DNA of 64,000 nt from assembly GCA_041740975.1 (NCBI GenBank), contig JBGSKV010000083.1, positions 87,806-151,805 on the forward strand. The letters run 5' to 3'. This DNA comes from Oligoflexales bacterium (lineage in GTDB: Bacteria > Bdellovibrionota_B > Oligoflexia > Oligoflexales > JALZUQ01). Below the pieces are notes generated by a model. That model worked only from the letters and a program-made list of their open reading frames with translations. It searched no databases and was not told the origin of the DNA. The position numbers and the translations under genes were made by a program. Below, piece by piece: positions 37,627 through 46,322 of the stretch. Each line of letters begins with the position of its first letter. The first letter of the stretch is position 1.

Positions 37627-37968
37627 ATGACCACCATTTTTGACAAAATTCTAAGAAAAGAAATTCCTGCGAAAGTTGTTTTGGAAAATGAAGACGTACT
37701 TGCTTTTCACGACGTCAATCCTCACGCCAAAGTTCATGTGCTAGTCATTCCAAAGCACAAAATGGCTCGATTTTCAGATATGGTTTCGGTAGACGAGAAG
37801 ATTGTGGGTCGATTTTTTAAAAACGTGGCTGTGGTAGCGTCACACTTACAGTTGGATGAAAAGGGGTACCGCATCGTAGTCAACTGCGGAGAACATGGGT
37901 GCCAATCCGTAGAGTATTTACATGCTCATATTCTTGGGGGAGAGCAGTTGCCGGGCTGGGACGGCTAA
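37627..37968 (+). CDS. HIT family (Hint-like) protein
   Basis: 113 aa. IFDKILRKEIPA opening, HVLVIPK, and the C-terminal histidine-triad region SVEYLHAHILGG. Confidence 0.88.
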   Translation: MTTIFDKILRKEIPAKVVLENEDVLAFHDVNPHAKVHVLVIPKHKMARFSDMVSVDEKIVGRFFKNVAVVASHLQLDEKGYRIVVNCGEHGCQSVEYLHAHILGGEQLPGWDG

Positions 37969-38948
37969 AGATATTTTTCTGAAGCCAACAAATAATTTCC
38001 CACGTAATCATTGACCCCGTTTTCAATCGTTGTAAAAGGCTGGGTGTACTTGGCGATTTCTCTCAGCCTAGAGAGATCAGCCTCCGTAAAATATTGGTAG
38101 TGTTCGACTAAATTTTTGGGTGTGGGGATATAAGTGATGTGCGCTTTCTTATCCATAGTCTTAAAAACTGCTTTGGCAACATCATTAAACGATCGACCCT
38201 TACCCGTTCCACAGTTGAAAATGCCAGATTTGAGCTGGGTATGGTTTTCAAATAAATGCATCATGACTTTCGTGCAATCTTTTACGTAAACAAAGTCACG
38301 CTTTTGTTCGCCATCGGAAATATCAGACCGCGCACTCGCAAAAAGTGAAATTGTGTCGTGCAACTGAACCTGGGGTACAAAATGCTCGATGACACTGGCC
38401 TGAGAGCCTTTGTGGTATTCCTGCGGGCCATAAACATTGAAAAACCGAAGGCCAGCCCAGTATGGTGGTGTATTGGTCTGTTGTTGCGCCCACACGTCAA
38501 AACTCTTTTTGCTAATGCCATATTCATTGAGTGGTTTAAGTTTTGGAGTCAGGTCGGGATCATCACTAAAGCCAAGCTTACCATCACCGTAAGTGGCGGC
38601 GGAAGAAGCGTAGATGAAAGGAATGCGGTGTTTTGAACAGTATTCCCACAGTCGCATAGAATAATGGACATTATTCTCGGTCAAATAAACGACGTCGGTT
38701 TCCGTGGTGGAGGAACATGCGCCGAGGTGGAAGATAGCTTCGATTTTTGAACTCTGGCCCGTTCGATTGAGCCAAGTCATGGTTTCGTCGCGATGAATTT
38801 GTTCGCCGATCGCCCGCTTTTCTAAATTTTTCTGTTTGAAGTGTTCTTTTTCGAGATCTATGACGAGGATATCTTCGATCCCATGCTGATTGAGTTCCCA
38901 AACCAACGCACTGCCAATGAACCCTGCACCGCCTGTGACAATAAACAT
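37965..38948 (-). CDS. hldD: ADP-L-glycero-D-manno-heptose 6-epimerase
   Basis: MFIVTGGAGFIGSALVWELN Rossmann opening, the YGISK catalytic Y-x-x-x-K region, and a length of about 327 aa. Confidence 0.8.
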   Translation of the reverse strand: MFIVTGGAGFIGSALVWELNQHGIEDILVIDLEKEHFKQKNLEKRAIGEQIHRDETMTWLNRTGQSSKIEAIFHLGACSSTTETDVVYLTENNVHYSMRLWEYCSKHRIPFIYASSAATYGDGKLGFSDDPDLTPKLKPLNEYGISKKSFDVWAQQQTNTPPYWAGLRFFNVYGPQEYHKGSQASVIEHFVPQVQLHDTISLFASARSDISDGEQKRDFVYVKDCTKVMMHLFENHTQLKSGIFNCGTGKGRSFNDVAKAVFKTMDKKAHITYIPTPKNLVEHYQYFTEADLSRLREIAKYTQPFTTIENGVNDYVGNYLLASEKYL

Positions 38949-38972
38949 AAACTTCCTCTATGAGACATCAAA

Positions 38973-39836
38973 TTAAACCACGGCTGATTTAATTGCGTCA
39001 ATAATTGCTTTTGCAGCTTTCGTCTTCGTCGGTCGGTAAATCAAAGCGATTTCATCTTTAAAGGTCGGTAGGTCCTTAATGAGTTCTATTTTCTTGGCGG
39101 CGACTTGGTTTGCGACTTTAGAAGGTATGATTCCAATTCCGCCACCTGCTGCCGTAAGGGCCGCGATCACTTCAAGGCTATTGCTGGTGATGACACGATC
39201 TATTTTGGCAGCGTTTTGCTTTAGCTTTGCCAGAAGAGTCTTCGATTGGCTCAGGCTATCGTTACAAAATAAATTAGCTTCACCGGATTCAATATCATTG
39301 AGTTTGTTAAGTTTTGTGCTTCGCCAAAAACCGACAATATCGTCACAGAGTTTAGTGATGACTAGGTCCGGATTTCGTATGGGGTTGACGACGATGCCAA
39401 AATCAATTTTAAAATCGATCACTTCTGCGGCGACCGTTCGCGATAGATCGAAATGCCTCAAGTCGATATGAAGTTTTGGATATTTTTTTAAAAGTTCAGG
39501 CAAGAAATACGGTACGCTGTATTGAGCGACAGAAGGATGACATCCAATGGTGTAATGCCCCGTAACATCTGTCGTATCGTTTACAATGTCAGCTTTGATA
39601 TTTTCAAAATCTTCAATCAAACTATTGGCAGAGTTTGTAAGTTTTTGCCCAGCCCGTGTCAGCTGAATGCCCGAACGAGATCGTTCAAGGAGTTCCATTC
39701 CGAAGGAATTCTCTAAGCGCTTGATGGCTTGGCTTAGTGCAGGTTGACTAATGCCAAGTCGTTCAGCAGCGCGCGAGATATTCAGCGTTCGGCTGACTTC
39801 CAGATAATATTTTAAGTCGAATACAGAAAATGACAT
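38973..39836 (-). CDS. LysR family transcriptional regulator
   Basis: N-terminal HTH LKYYLEVSRTLNISRAAERLGISQPALSQAIKRLE followed by a LysR substrate-binding domain. Confidence 0.92.
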   Translation of the reverse strand: MSFSVFDLKYYLEVSRTLNISRAAERLGISQPALSQAIKRLENSFGMELLERSRSGIQLTRAGQKLTNSANSLIEDFENIKADIVNDTTDVTGHYTIGCHPSVAQYSVPYFLPELLKKYPKLHIDLRHFDLSRTVAAEVIDFKIDFGIVVNPIRNPDLVITKLCDDIVGFWRSTKLNKLNDIESGEANLFCNDSLSQSKTLLAKLKQNAAKIDRVITSNSLEVIAALTAAGGGIGIIPSKVANQVAAKKIELIKDLPTFKDEIALIYRPTKTKAAKAIIDAIKSAVV

Positions 39837-39851
39837 AGATCATCCGCGAAG

Positions 39852-40718
39852 TTATATCCAGGCTATGACTTTGTCTTTTAAGCGGGTTGGTAAGAGCCTG
39901 TCAAGTTGTTCCAAGACTTCTTGGCGGCTATAGCGCGTGCTAAAGTGTGACAAAACTAGGTTTTCATTTTCGAATCTATCAAATCTCGCAATAATGTCAT
40001 CAATATGAACATGTTTTGTTCGCAATGCGGTTTCACGTTCATCTTCACTTAAAAAAGTACACTCTAGAACCAATGTTGGAACTTTATATAACCATGGTTC
40101 TTGCTCAAGAACACCAATGGCCGTATCTGCGCAAAACGCAAAATAAGGTCTTTCGGTTGATTCCGTTATGGTGTCGCCGCCTGACTTTTTGGAGCTAATC
40201 TCTTTCGGGTCGAGACCTTGAAACTTTGCCAAAAGTTTTTCGACTTTTTCGAACAGAAAATACCCTTGGGTCTCAATTGAATGCACAGTCGCAAAAGGTC
40301 TTAGATAAAGTTGGTTCGTATAATTCACATCGGAGCCAACGGGGAGGCTGACAAGCTCAAATTCAAAGGATTGCCGATTAAGTTTTTTCCATGCGTCAAT
40401 AACTTCACGGATAGTATCTTCCGTGTGTGGTGGCACATAGATGGTTGGTTTCGTGAGTCGAAACAAATGCCGCGTTGCCACGTAAGAAACGAGGCCATTG
40501 CAATGATCGGCATGCGTATGAGTCAAAGCTAAGTGGGCCGTATTGTAAAATTCCCACGGATGGGCGCCATGATCAAAAATAATTTTATATTCTGGTATGC
40601 GCCAGTATGTTTGGACAGCGGCTCGCGAATAACCCTGCAACGTAAAATGCCCGCACGAATGTTCGAGCACTGGGGCGTTATCATAGCGTGAATCAACCGC
40701 TTTTGGGGTCCTAATCAT
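39852..40718 (-). CDS. MBL-fold metallo-hydrolase (RNase Z/BN-like)
   Basis: HTHADHCNG (H-x-H-x-D-H) metal motif with later His/Asp ligands. Confidence 0.75.
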   Translation of the reverse strand: MIRTPKAVDSRYDNAPVLEHSCGHFTLQGYSRAAVQTYWRIPEYKIIFDHGAHPWEFYNTAHLALTHTHADHCNGLVSYVATRHLFRLTKPTIYVPPHTEDTIREVIDAWKKLNRQSFEFELVSLPVGSDVNYTNQLYLRPFATVHSIETQGYFLFEKVEKLLAKFQGLDPKEISSKKSGGDTITESTERPYFAFCADTAIGVLEQEPWLYKVPTLVLECTFLSEDERETALRTKHVHIDDIIARFDRFENENLVLSHFSTRYSRQEVLEQLDRLLPTRLKDKVIAWI

Positions 40719-41103
40719 TTTTCTTTTGGAAGTTCAATGCAACAGAATTAATGCAGTAGCGTTTATTTGTCGGCTCAGGGCCATCGTCAAAGACGTGCCC
40801 TAAATGAGCTTCGCATTTTTTGCAGACAACTTCCGTTCGAACTCGAAATAGGCTGCGATCTTTTTTAAGTTCAACGTTATCGGGGCTAATCACATCGAAA
40901 AAACTAGGCCAACCCGTTCCTGATTCGTATTTGGCTTCGGAACTAAAAAGTTTTTCGCCACAACATACACAGGTGTAAGTACCATCTTCTTCGTTTTCAT
41001 AAAGTTCGCCCGAAAAAGGTTTTTCAGTACCTGCTTTGCGGCAAACTTTGAACTGTTCCGGAGTCAGAATTTTTTTCCATTCTTCTTCTGTCTTATGCGT
41101 CAT
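40711..41103 (-). CDS. msrB: peptide-methionine (R)-S-oxide reductase
   Basis: Zinc CxxC pairs ([25 protein letters not shown]), GTGWPSF, and catalytic RYCINS. Confidence 0.93.
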   Translation of the reverse strand: MTHKTEEEWKKILTPEQFKVCRKAGTEKPFSGELYENEEDGTYTCVCCGEKLFSSEAKYESGTGWPSFFDVISPDNVELKKDRSLFRVRTEVVCKKCEAHLGHVFDDGPEPTNKRYCINSVALNFQKKND

Positions 41104-42076
41104 GTCCTAGCAGCTCCTTGAACTTTGCTTCCATTAATGGAATCGCCTTGAAGATATCGCCAACAATACCATAGTCGGCAATACTGAAAATCGGCGCTTC
41201 TTCATCAGAGTTAATGGCTACAATGACTTTCGACGTGCGCATGCCCGCCAAATGCTGGATCGCGCCACTAATGCCGCACGCTATATATAGGCTAGGGTTT
41301 ACGGTTTTGCCGGTTTGTCCGACCTGCATACTGTGTGGTGCAAATCCTGCATCGACAGCGGCTCTTGATGCGCCAACCGTCGCGCCGATGACATCCGCGC
41401 AGCTTTGTAATATTTTAAAGTTGTCTGCTGAACCGAGTGAACGACCACCCGATATAATAATTTGCGCTTCCGTTAAATCCGCTTTTTCGCTGGCTCCCTT
41501 GCGAATCTCAATCGTCTTTAAGCGGTTATCGGATACATCGACAGTAAGCTTTTCGACGCTGGCCGTGCCGTTACCAGGTTTTTCGATGGCGAAGATATTT
41601 GGCCGTACACTGACAAAGCCGGGTTTTCCACTTAACTCAACTAATTCTACGTCGGCAATCGTTTTGCCAGCAAACATCGGTTTCTTTCCCGTGATTTTGC
41701 CGTTACTCACTTCTAAGGCGACAAGATCGGTGAGAAGTTCACTATCAAATCGGATGGCCAAACGAGGTAGCAAATCTCGGCCTATCGGTGAAGACGTTGC
41801 GATCACCAAATCAGGCTGAAAGTTTTTGATCGCTTGCTCTAGTGCTTTGGCGTAATGCAAAACATTGTAAAGTCCAAGTTCCGGTTGATCAGCTACGTAA
41901 ATTTTATCAGCGCCATATCCAGCGCATTCAGTGGCAAGACCCGAGACATTGCTGCCGATCAAAACGCCTGCAGCGTCTGCGCTATTTCCTGCAAGTTTAG
42001 CGGCGAGGCTCAGTGCTTCAAAGCCACTGCTTCGGAGTTTTCCATGTCTTTGTTCAATTAGGGCAAGGACTTTCAT
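41093..42076 (-). CDS. etfA: electron transfer flavoprotein subunit alpha
   Basis: C-terminal FAD-binding block [27 protein letters not shown]. 327 aa. Confidence 0.92.
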   Translation of the reverse strand: MKVLALIEQRHGKLRSSGFEALSLAAKLAGNSADAAGVLIGSNVSGLATECAGYGADKIYVADQPELGLYNVLHYAKALEQAIKNFQPDLVIATSSPIGRDLLPRLAIRFDSELLTDLVALEVSNGKITGKKPMFAGKTIADVELVELSGKPGFVSVRPNIFAIEKPGNGTASVEKLTVDVSDNRLKTIEIRKGASEKADLTEAQIIISGGRSLGSADNFKILQSCADVIGATVGASRAAVDAGFAPHSMQVGQTGKTVNPSLYIACGISGAIQHLAGMRTSKVIVAINSDEEAPIFSIADYGIVGDIFKAIPLMEAKFKELLGHDA

Positions 42077-42078
42077 TC

Positions 42079-42879
42079 TTATATCACCTTCGCTTCGTTT
42101 CTGAGAAGTTTAACAACTTTATCAACCATATCTTCGAGCGGCTCACCTTTGAAAACTTTCCCCGGTGGTTTTTCGGCTGGAGGCTGAAAGTTTTGAAATT
42201 TCGCTTTGTTTTTTGCAAGCAGTACTGCGCCATCAAACCCCAAATCGGCAGGAGTTTTAACATCGCACTGTTTTTTACGGGCTTTCATAATACCAGGAAG
42301 CGACGTGTAACGCGGAGAGTTTAAAGATTTATGAGCACCCAATACAACTGGCAATTTAACTTCATAAACTTCCGTTTGTCCGCCTTCGACTTCACGTTCG
42401 ACTTTGGCCGTTTCGCCATTGACTTCGAGTTTTGTGACGACATTGACGTGAGGCAACCCTAAAACTTCGGCGACCATAGTGAGAACATGCATGTTATCGT
42501 CATCAATAGCTTGCTTGCCACCCAAAATGATTTGCGGACTTTCCGCTTTAACAGCTGCGGCAAGTAAACGCGCGACATTTGCCGAGTCGAGACTTTCGCA
42601 TCCTTGATTATCAATAATGATGGCGCGATCAGCGCCCATGGCAAGGCCTTTGACGACAACTTCTTTATTGGTCTGAGAAGTAAATGTGCAAAGAACAACT
42701 TCGGTTAGCTTGCCGGCTTCTTTTAATTTGAGAGCCTCTTCAATGGCAAACTCATCGTAAGGATTAATAATAAATTTTGTGCTGGCGTGATCGATTGCTT
42801 TTCGATCGGAAGTCAGCATGATTTTCGCCTCGGTATCTGGCGTTGGCTTAATAAGTACCAGTGCTTTCACGTGATCCAT
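42079..42879 (-). CDS. etfB: electron transfer flavoprotein subunit beta
   Basis: 266 aa. VKALVLIKPTPDTE opening and IINPYDEFAIEEALKLKE are typical of EtfB. Directly upstream of etfA. Confidence 0.9.
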   Translation of the reverse strand: MDHVKALVLIKPTPDTEAKIMLTSDRKAIDHASTKFIINPYDEFAIEEALKLKEAGKLTEVVLCTFTSQTNKEVVVKGLAMGADRAIIIDNQGCESLDSANVARLLAAAVKAESPQIILGGKQAIDDDNMHVLTMVAEVLGLPHVNVVTKLEVNGETAKVEREVEGGQTEVYEVKLPVVLGAHKSLNSPRYTSLPGIMKARKKQCDVKTPADLGFDGAVLLAKNKAKFQNFQPPAEKPPGKVFKGEPLEDMVDKVVKLLRNEAKVI

Positions 42880-42958
42880 CCTCTAATCATCTGGGTGTAT
42901 GCTGCGCATAAAAATGGCACGGCCGAGATTACCAAGGATGATATCAAACCTCAACAGC

Positions 42959-43070
42959 TTCGATAATTCGGGGACACATAACTAAATTGTTTAAAAAAAG
43001 AACTACAAACTTAACATAGTTTGTAGTTCTTTTTTTAAACAATTTAGTTATGTGTCCCCGAATTATCGAA
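42959..43070. repeat. 112-bp perfect palindrome (52-bp arms, 8-nt centre) carrying a GGGGACAC/GTGTCCCC core
   Basis: Checked base by base. Arm 42959-43010 TTCGATAATTCGGGGACACATAACTAAATTGTTTAAAAAAAGAACTACAAAC is the exact reverse complement of 43019-43070. The right arm contains the stop codon (43063-43065) of the MltD-like gene. Confidence 0.9.
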
Positions 43071-44415
43071 TAACTTCGACGTCGGGTACAGGAATGGCAA
43101 TTTTTTTGCCGATGATAAGCCGATTGGCGCGGAGTTGAGCATTCATGGAACTGATAAGTTTACGAGTCACGCCATACTGCTGAGCCAAGCGAATCATGGT
43201 GTCACCCCGACGAATCGTGTGCATTTTGATGTCTTTTATTTTCAGCGCTGGCAAAGTTGGAGCGACAGAGGCAAACAGAGGAATTTTGTGGTTGGGAATG
43301 CGCAATGAGTAGTTTTTGCGATTGGGGGGCGTTACGTCGCGGCGAATCTCCGGGTTCCATTTCCTAAGTTTCACTAGAGGCACGTTCAAGGCATTGGAAA
43401 CATCCGATAAACGAATCGCACGGTTGAGCGTCACTTTCCCTGTCGGCAGGTCGAATGCCGGATCACCCTTAACCTGAAAACCGAAATTCTTAGGATTCTG
43501 CGAAATCAAATAAGCCGCCAAAAACTTGGGGACGTATTCTTTTGTTTCCAGACGAATATGACTTGTCTTTGCGATATCCCAGAAAGTGGAATAGCCAGAC
43601 TTACGCATAGCTCGGCGTATTTTTCCCGGTCCGGCGTTATACGCTGCGAAAGCCAGGTACCAACTGCCAAAGTCTTTGTAGAGATCAATGAGTAAGCGTG
43701 CAGCGGCAACAGTTGACTTGACCGGGTCGCGACGTTCGTCCACCCAATGGTCGAGATTCAAATTATAGTTCTTCGCCGTCCCACTCATAAACTGCCAGGT
43801 GCCGGTCGCACTAGCACTGCTATATGCATGATTGCTAAAACCGGACTCGATCATGGCCATATTGGTTAATTCGGGAGGCAAGCCGTTTTCCAAAAGAACC
43901 GGAATAATAAGGCCCTTTACGGATTCGGCGCGGACCAGCCACGTCAAAAAAGAACGACGTCCGGGGCCTGTAAAATAGTTTAGCCACTTTTCGACACTAG
44001 CGTTGTATTCAACCGGTAGGCCTGAAACTTTAACGAAAAAAGTTGGATGATTGAGTTGCGCGCGCGCGACATGGATCGCTTCATTTTCTAAGGAGCGCTC
44101 CACAGCCTTGCGCTGGCGGTTCGTCCGACGCCCAGCAAAACGCTTCTTCGTGTCATCCGAACTTAGGAACCGATCCTTCAAATACTGCGCGTAAACCGAG
44201 TCATCACAAAAAATATGGGCGTCAGGCGTAGTCTCAAGGTGGAGGTTTCGTTCAATAACAAATGAAGCCCCATGGTCATCGTCGGCGAGTGAAATCATTC
44301 CATCCGACGCAATATCCGGCGCACCATAGGTGTCCTTTACATTGATCTCTGGCTGGGTGGATTTGCAGGCACTCGCGGAAAACAGGACGGCAATGGTGAG
44401 TAAAAATTGTCTCAT
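43063..44415 (-). CDS. membrane-bound lytic murein transglycosylase D-like lipoprotein (SLT domain + LysM)
   Basis: Lipoprotein signal MRQFLLTIAVLFSASAC. SLT catalytic block MIESGFSNHAYSSASATGTWQFMSGTAKNY. C-terminal LysM HTIRRGDTMIRLAQQYGV... Confidence 0.85.
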   Translation of the reverse strand: MRQFLLTIAVLFSASACKSTQPEINVKDTYGAPDIASDGMISLADDDHGASFVIERNLHLETTPDAHIFCDDSVYAQYLKDRFLSSDDTKKRFAGRRTNRQRKAVERSLENEAIHVARAQLNHPTFFVKVSGLPVEYNASVEKWLNYFTGPGRRSFLTWLVRAESVKGLIIPVLLENGLPPELTNMAMIESGFSNHAYSSASATGTWQFMSGTAKNYNLNLDHWVDERRDPVKSTVAAARLLIDLYKDFGSWYLAFAAYNAGPGKIRRAMRKSGYSTFWDIAKTSHIRLETKEYVPKFLAAYLISQNPKNFGFQVKGDPAFDLPTGKVTLNRAIRLSDVSNALNVPLVKLRKWNPEIRRDVTPPNRKNYSLRIPNHKIPLFASVAPTLPALKIKDIKMHTIRRGDTMIRLAQQYGVTRKLISSMNAQLRANRLIIGKKIAIPVPDVEVIR

Positions 44416-44541
44416 GTCGTCCCAACAAAAAATAATCAGCGTTAGACTTTAGGTTATCGACTTCATGAAAGCCACGCAAGACTCAATGCCCGTAAAATGC
44501 ATCAAATCGTTGGAAGAGAAGGCGTTGCAGTGTTTTTGCGA

Positions 44542-45408
44542 TTAGTGAGCGATGCTATTGGATATCTGATAGACGAAGGTCGCGTTAACGAGAAGCACGT
44601 CCTTTTTATAGGAGGCGGGTAGTTTGCCAAACGGTTGCGCCAGTTTAATAGCTTCAACGATGGCATCGTCCAAAACTTTAAACCCAGACGTTTTTCGAAC
44701 CCTAATAAAAGTAAGTTCACCCGATCGCGCCACTTTAAATTGCAAATCAACTTTGCCCTGCAAGCCAGCTCGAACGGCAGACATCGGATAAACCCAGGTC
44801 AGTTCGATGGCTTTACGCATTTGCGTGAAGTAGCCAAGAAATCGGTACTCACGCGTATTGATGTCAACAGCGTCGCCTTCTTCCAGATTGGGATCATCCA
44901 AATAATCGACGTAACCGGCATTGGGATTGCCAGATGTGTTCAGCGGTAAGAACTTTTCGTACGGACGCGAATTGTCCTGCATTAAGAACTTGCCACCCAT
45001 ATCTGTCAACTTTTGTTCGGTCTGGGGATTTGGCCGTTTAGATCCCTTAGGGCCAGCCTCGCCAGCATCAGCACCCTTTGGGCGGGGGATGTTTTGGGAA
45101 ACTCGTGTTTGTTTCTTAGTTTGATGGTTTTGGGCGCCTAGGTAAGACGCATCTTTCGGGGGTTCTGTGGGTTTGAGTTTTGCTTCGGCAATTTTTTGGG
45201 CGATGTCATCCGTGGTTGGTTGCATGGTGATTTTGACATTATTTTTTGCATTGTTTTGCGATTTGTCCCAAATAGGGCGCTGATTCAAGTTCACGTAGGA
45301 AAGGGCGTGCACGAGCAAAGAAATGACCAAGGCGATCCAAAAGAGACCAAAACCCTGACGTATTCTTGCTTTTCGAAGTTTGGATGGCCTATTAAGGTTT
45401 GTATCCAT
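44542..45408 (-). CDS. TonB-family energy transducer (C-terminal domain protein)
   Basis: N-terminal TM FGLFWIALVISLLVHAL, a low-complexity linker, and a C-terminal TonB_C-like block YPMSAVRAGLQGKVDLQFKVARSGEL...SGFKVLDDAIVEAIK. Confidence 0.72.
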   Translation of the reverse strand: MDTNLNRPSKLRKARIRQGFGLFWIALVISLLVHALSYVNLNQRPIWDKSQNNAKNNVKITMQPTTDDIAQKIAEAKLKPTEPPKDASYLGAQNHQTKKQTRVSQNIPRPKGADAGEAGPKGSKRPNPQTEQKLTDMGGKFLMQDNSRPYEKFLPLNTSGNPNAGYVDYLDDPNLEEGDAVDINTREYRFLGYFTQMRKAIELTWVYPMSAVRAGLQGKVDLQFKVARSGELTFIRVRKTSGFKVLDDAIVEAIKLAQPFGKLPASYKKDVLLVNATFVYQISNSIAH

Positions 45409-45504
45409 GGCCTATATAGCTCTTAATGTGGTAAAATTGAGCATTGTACACAGCCTATTTCTGCCCTATTGTGCTTTAATCTATATCGGCAAAACAGTGC
45501 CTAT
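45387..45504. repeat. cluster of GCCTAT(A/T)T motifs in the divergent tonB-like / bamD control region
   Basis: GCCTAT at 45387, 45410, 45453 and 45499, plus GCCCTAT at 45463. That is four exact hexamers and one variant within about 120 bp. Confidence 0.3.
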
Positions 45505-45548
45505 ATGTAGCAGCTCATGACAAACACTAACACGGAGAAGGTGAAGCC

Positions 45549-46322
45549 GTGCGAATGAAGAATATTTTCTCAATAATTTTAGTTACTTTGGTCATATCGC
45601 TGATCCAGGGTTGTTCCGTTCGGGGCTTCGATGAAAACGATTCATCGGGAAACTTCAAATCTGCGGAAGAGACTTACAAGAGCGGCAGTTATGAAATGGC
45701 GATCACGGAACTTCGCGAGTTTATCGCGCGCTTCCCTTACAGCCAACACACAGCAGAAGCCGAGTTGATGGTGGCGAACAGTTATTTCGAACTCGCGCAA
45801 TACGAAGATGCGGTTTTCGAATATGAGCAGTTTGTGAAACTCCACCCCGTGCATCCCGAGATTGATTTTGCAATGTATAGAGTCGGTGAAAGCTATTGGA
45901 TGGAAGCTCCAGAGGATATTGACCGCGAACAAGAGTTTACCAAGCGGGCCATGGCCGAATGGGAAAAGCTGATCGCAAAATCTCCGAACGGGAAGTACAC
46001 CGCACTGGCTAAGAAGCAGATAGAGTTAGGCATGCGACGCCTTGCTGAGAGCGAACAGTTTATTGCGCGATTCTACTGTAAGCAGGGGATCTACCACGCC
46101 TGTGCTCAAAGGTACTTGGCGATTATAGACAAGTTTGGACGCTACCCAGAGATTGCAAATGACGCCAAGAAGAAGGCCGCCGGGGCTTTGGTCGAATTAG
46201 CTGAGGAAAAAAAGAAAAATCCAGATAAAATAGATAATCTATACTTTAGAGATTATAGCGCTGCTCAACTTGCGGGGATGGCGCAAAAGCTAGTTTCCGA
46301 TCAACAGGGTGACAAAAAGTAA
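45549..46322 (+). CDS. bamD: outer membrane protein assembly factor BamD
   Basis: Lipobox LIQGC. TPR-like repeats with FIARFPYSQHTAEAELMVANSYF and FVKLHPVHPEIDFAMYRVGESYW, characteristic of BamD/YfiO. Confidence 0.82.
   Translation: MRMKNIFSIILVTLVISLIQGCSVRGFDENDSSGNFKSAEETYKSGSYEMAITELREFIARFPYSQHTAEAELMVANSYFELAQYEDAVFEYEQFVKLHPVHPEIDFAMYRVGESYWMEAPEDIDREQEFTKRAMAEWEKLIAKSPNGKYTALAKKQIELGMRRLAESEQFIARFYCKQGIYHACAQRYLAIIDKFGRYPEIANDAKKKAAGALVELAEEKKKNPDKIDNLYFRDYSAAQLAGMAQKLVSDQQGDKK

Noticed and set aside
37903-37932. The HIT motif reads Y-L-H-A-H-I-L-G-G: the first His of the His-x-His-x-His triad is Tyr.
   Set aside because: The central nucleophilic His and the third His are retained. 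Loss of the first His is tolerated in HIT enzymes, so this is not evidence of inactivation.
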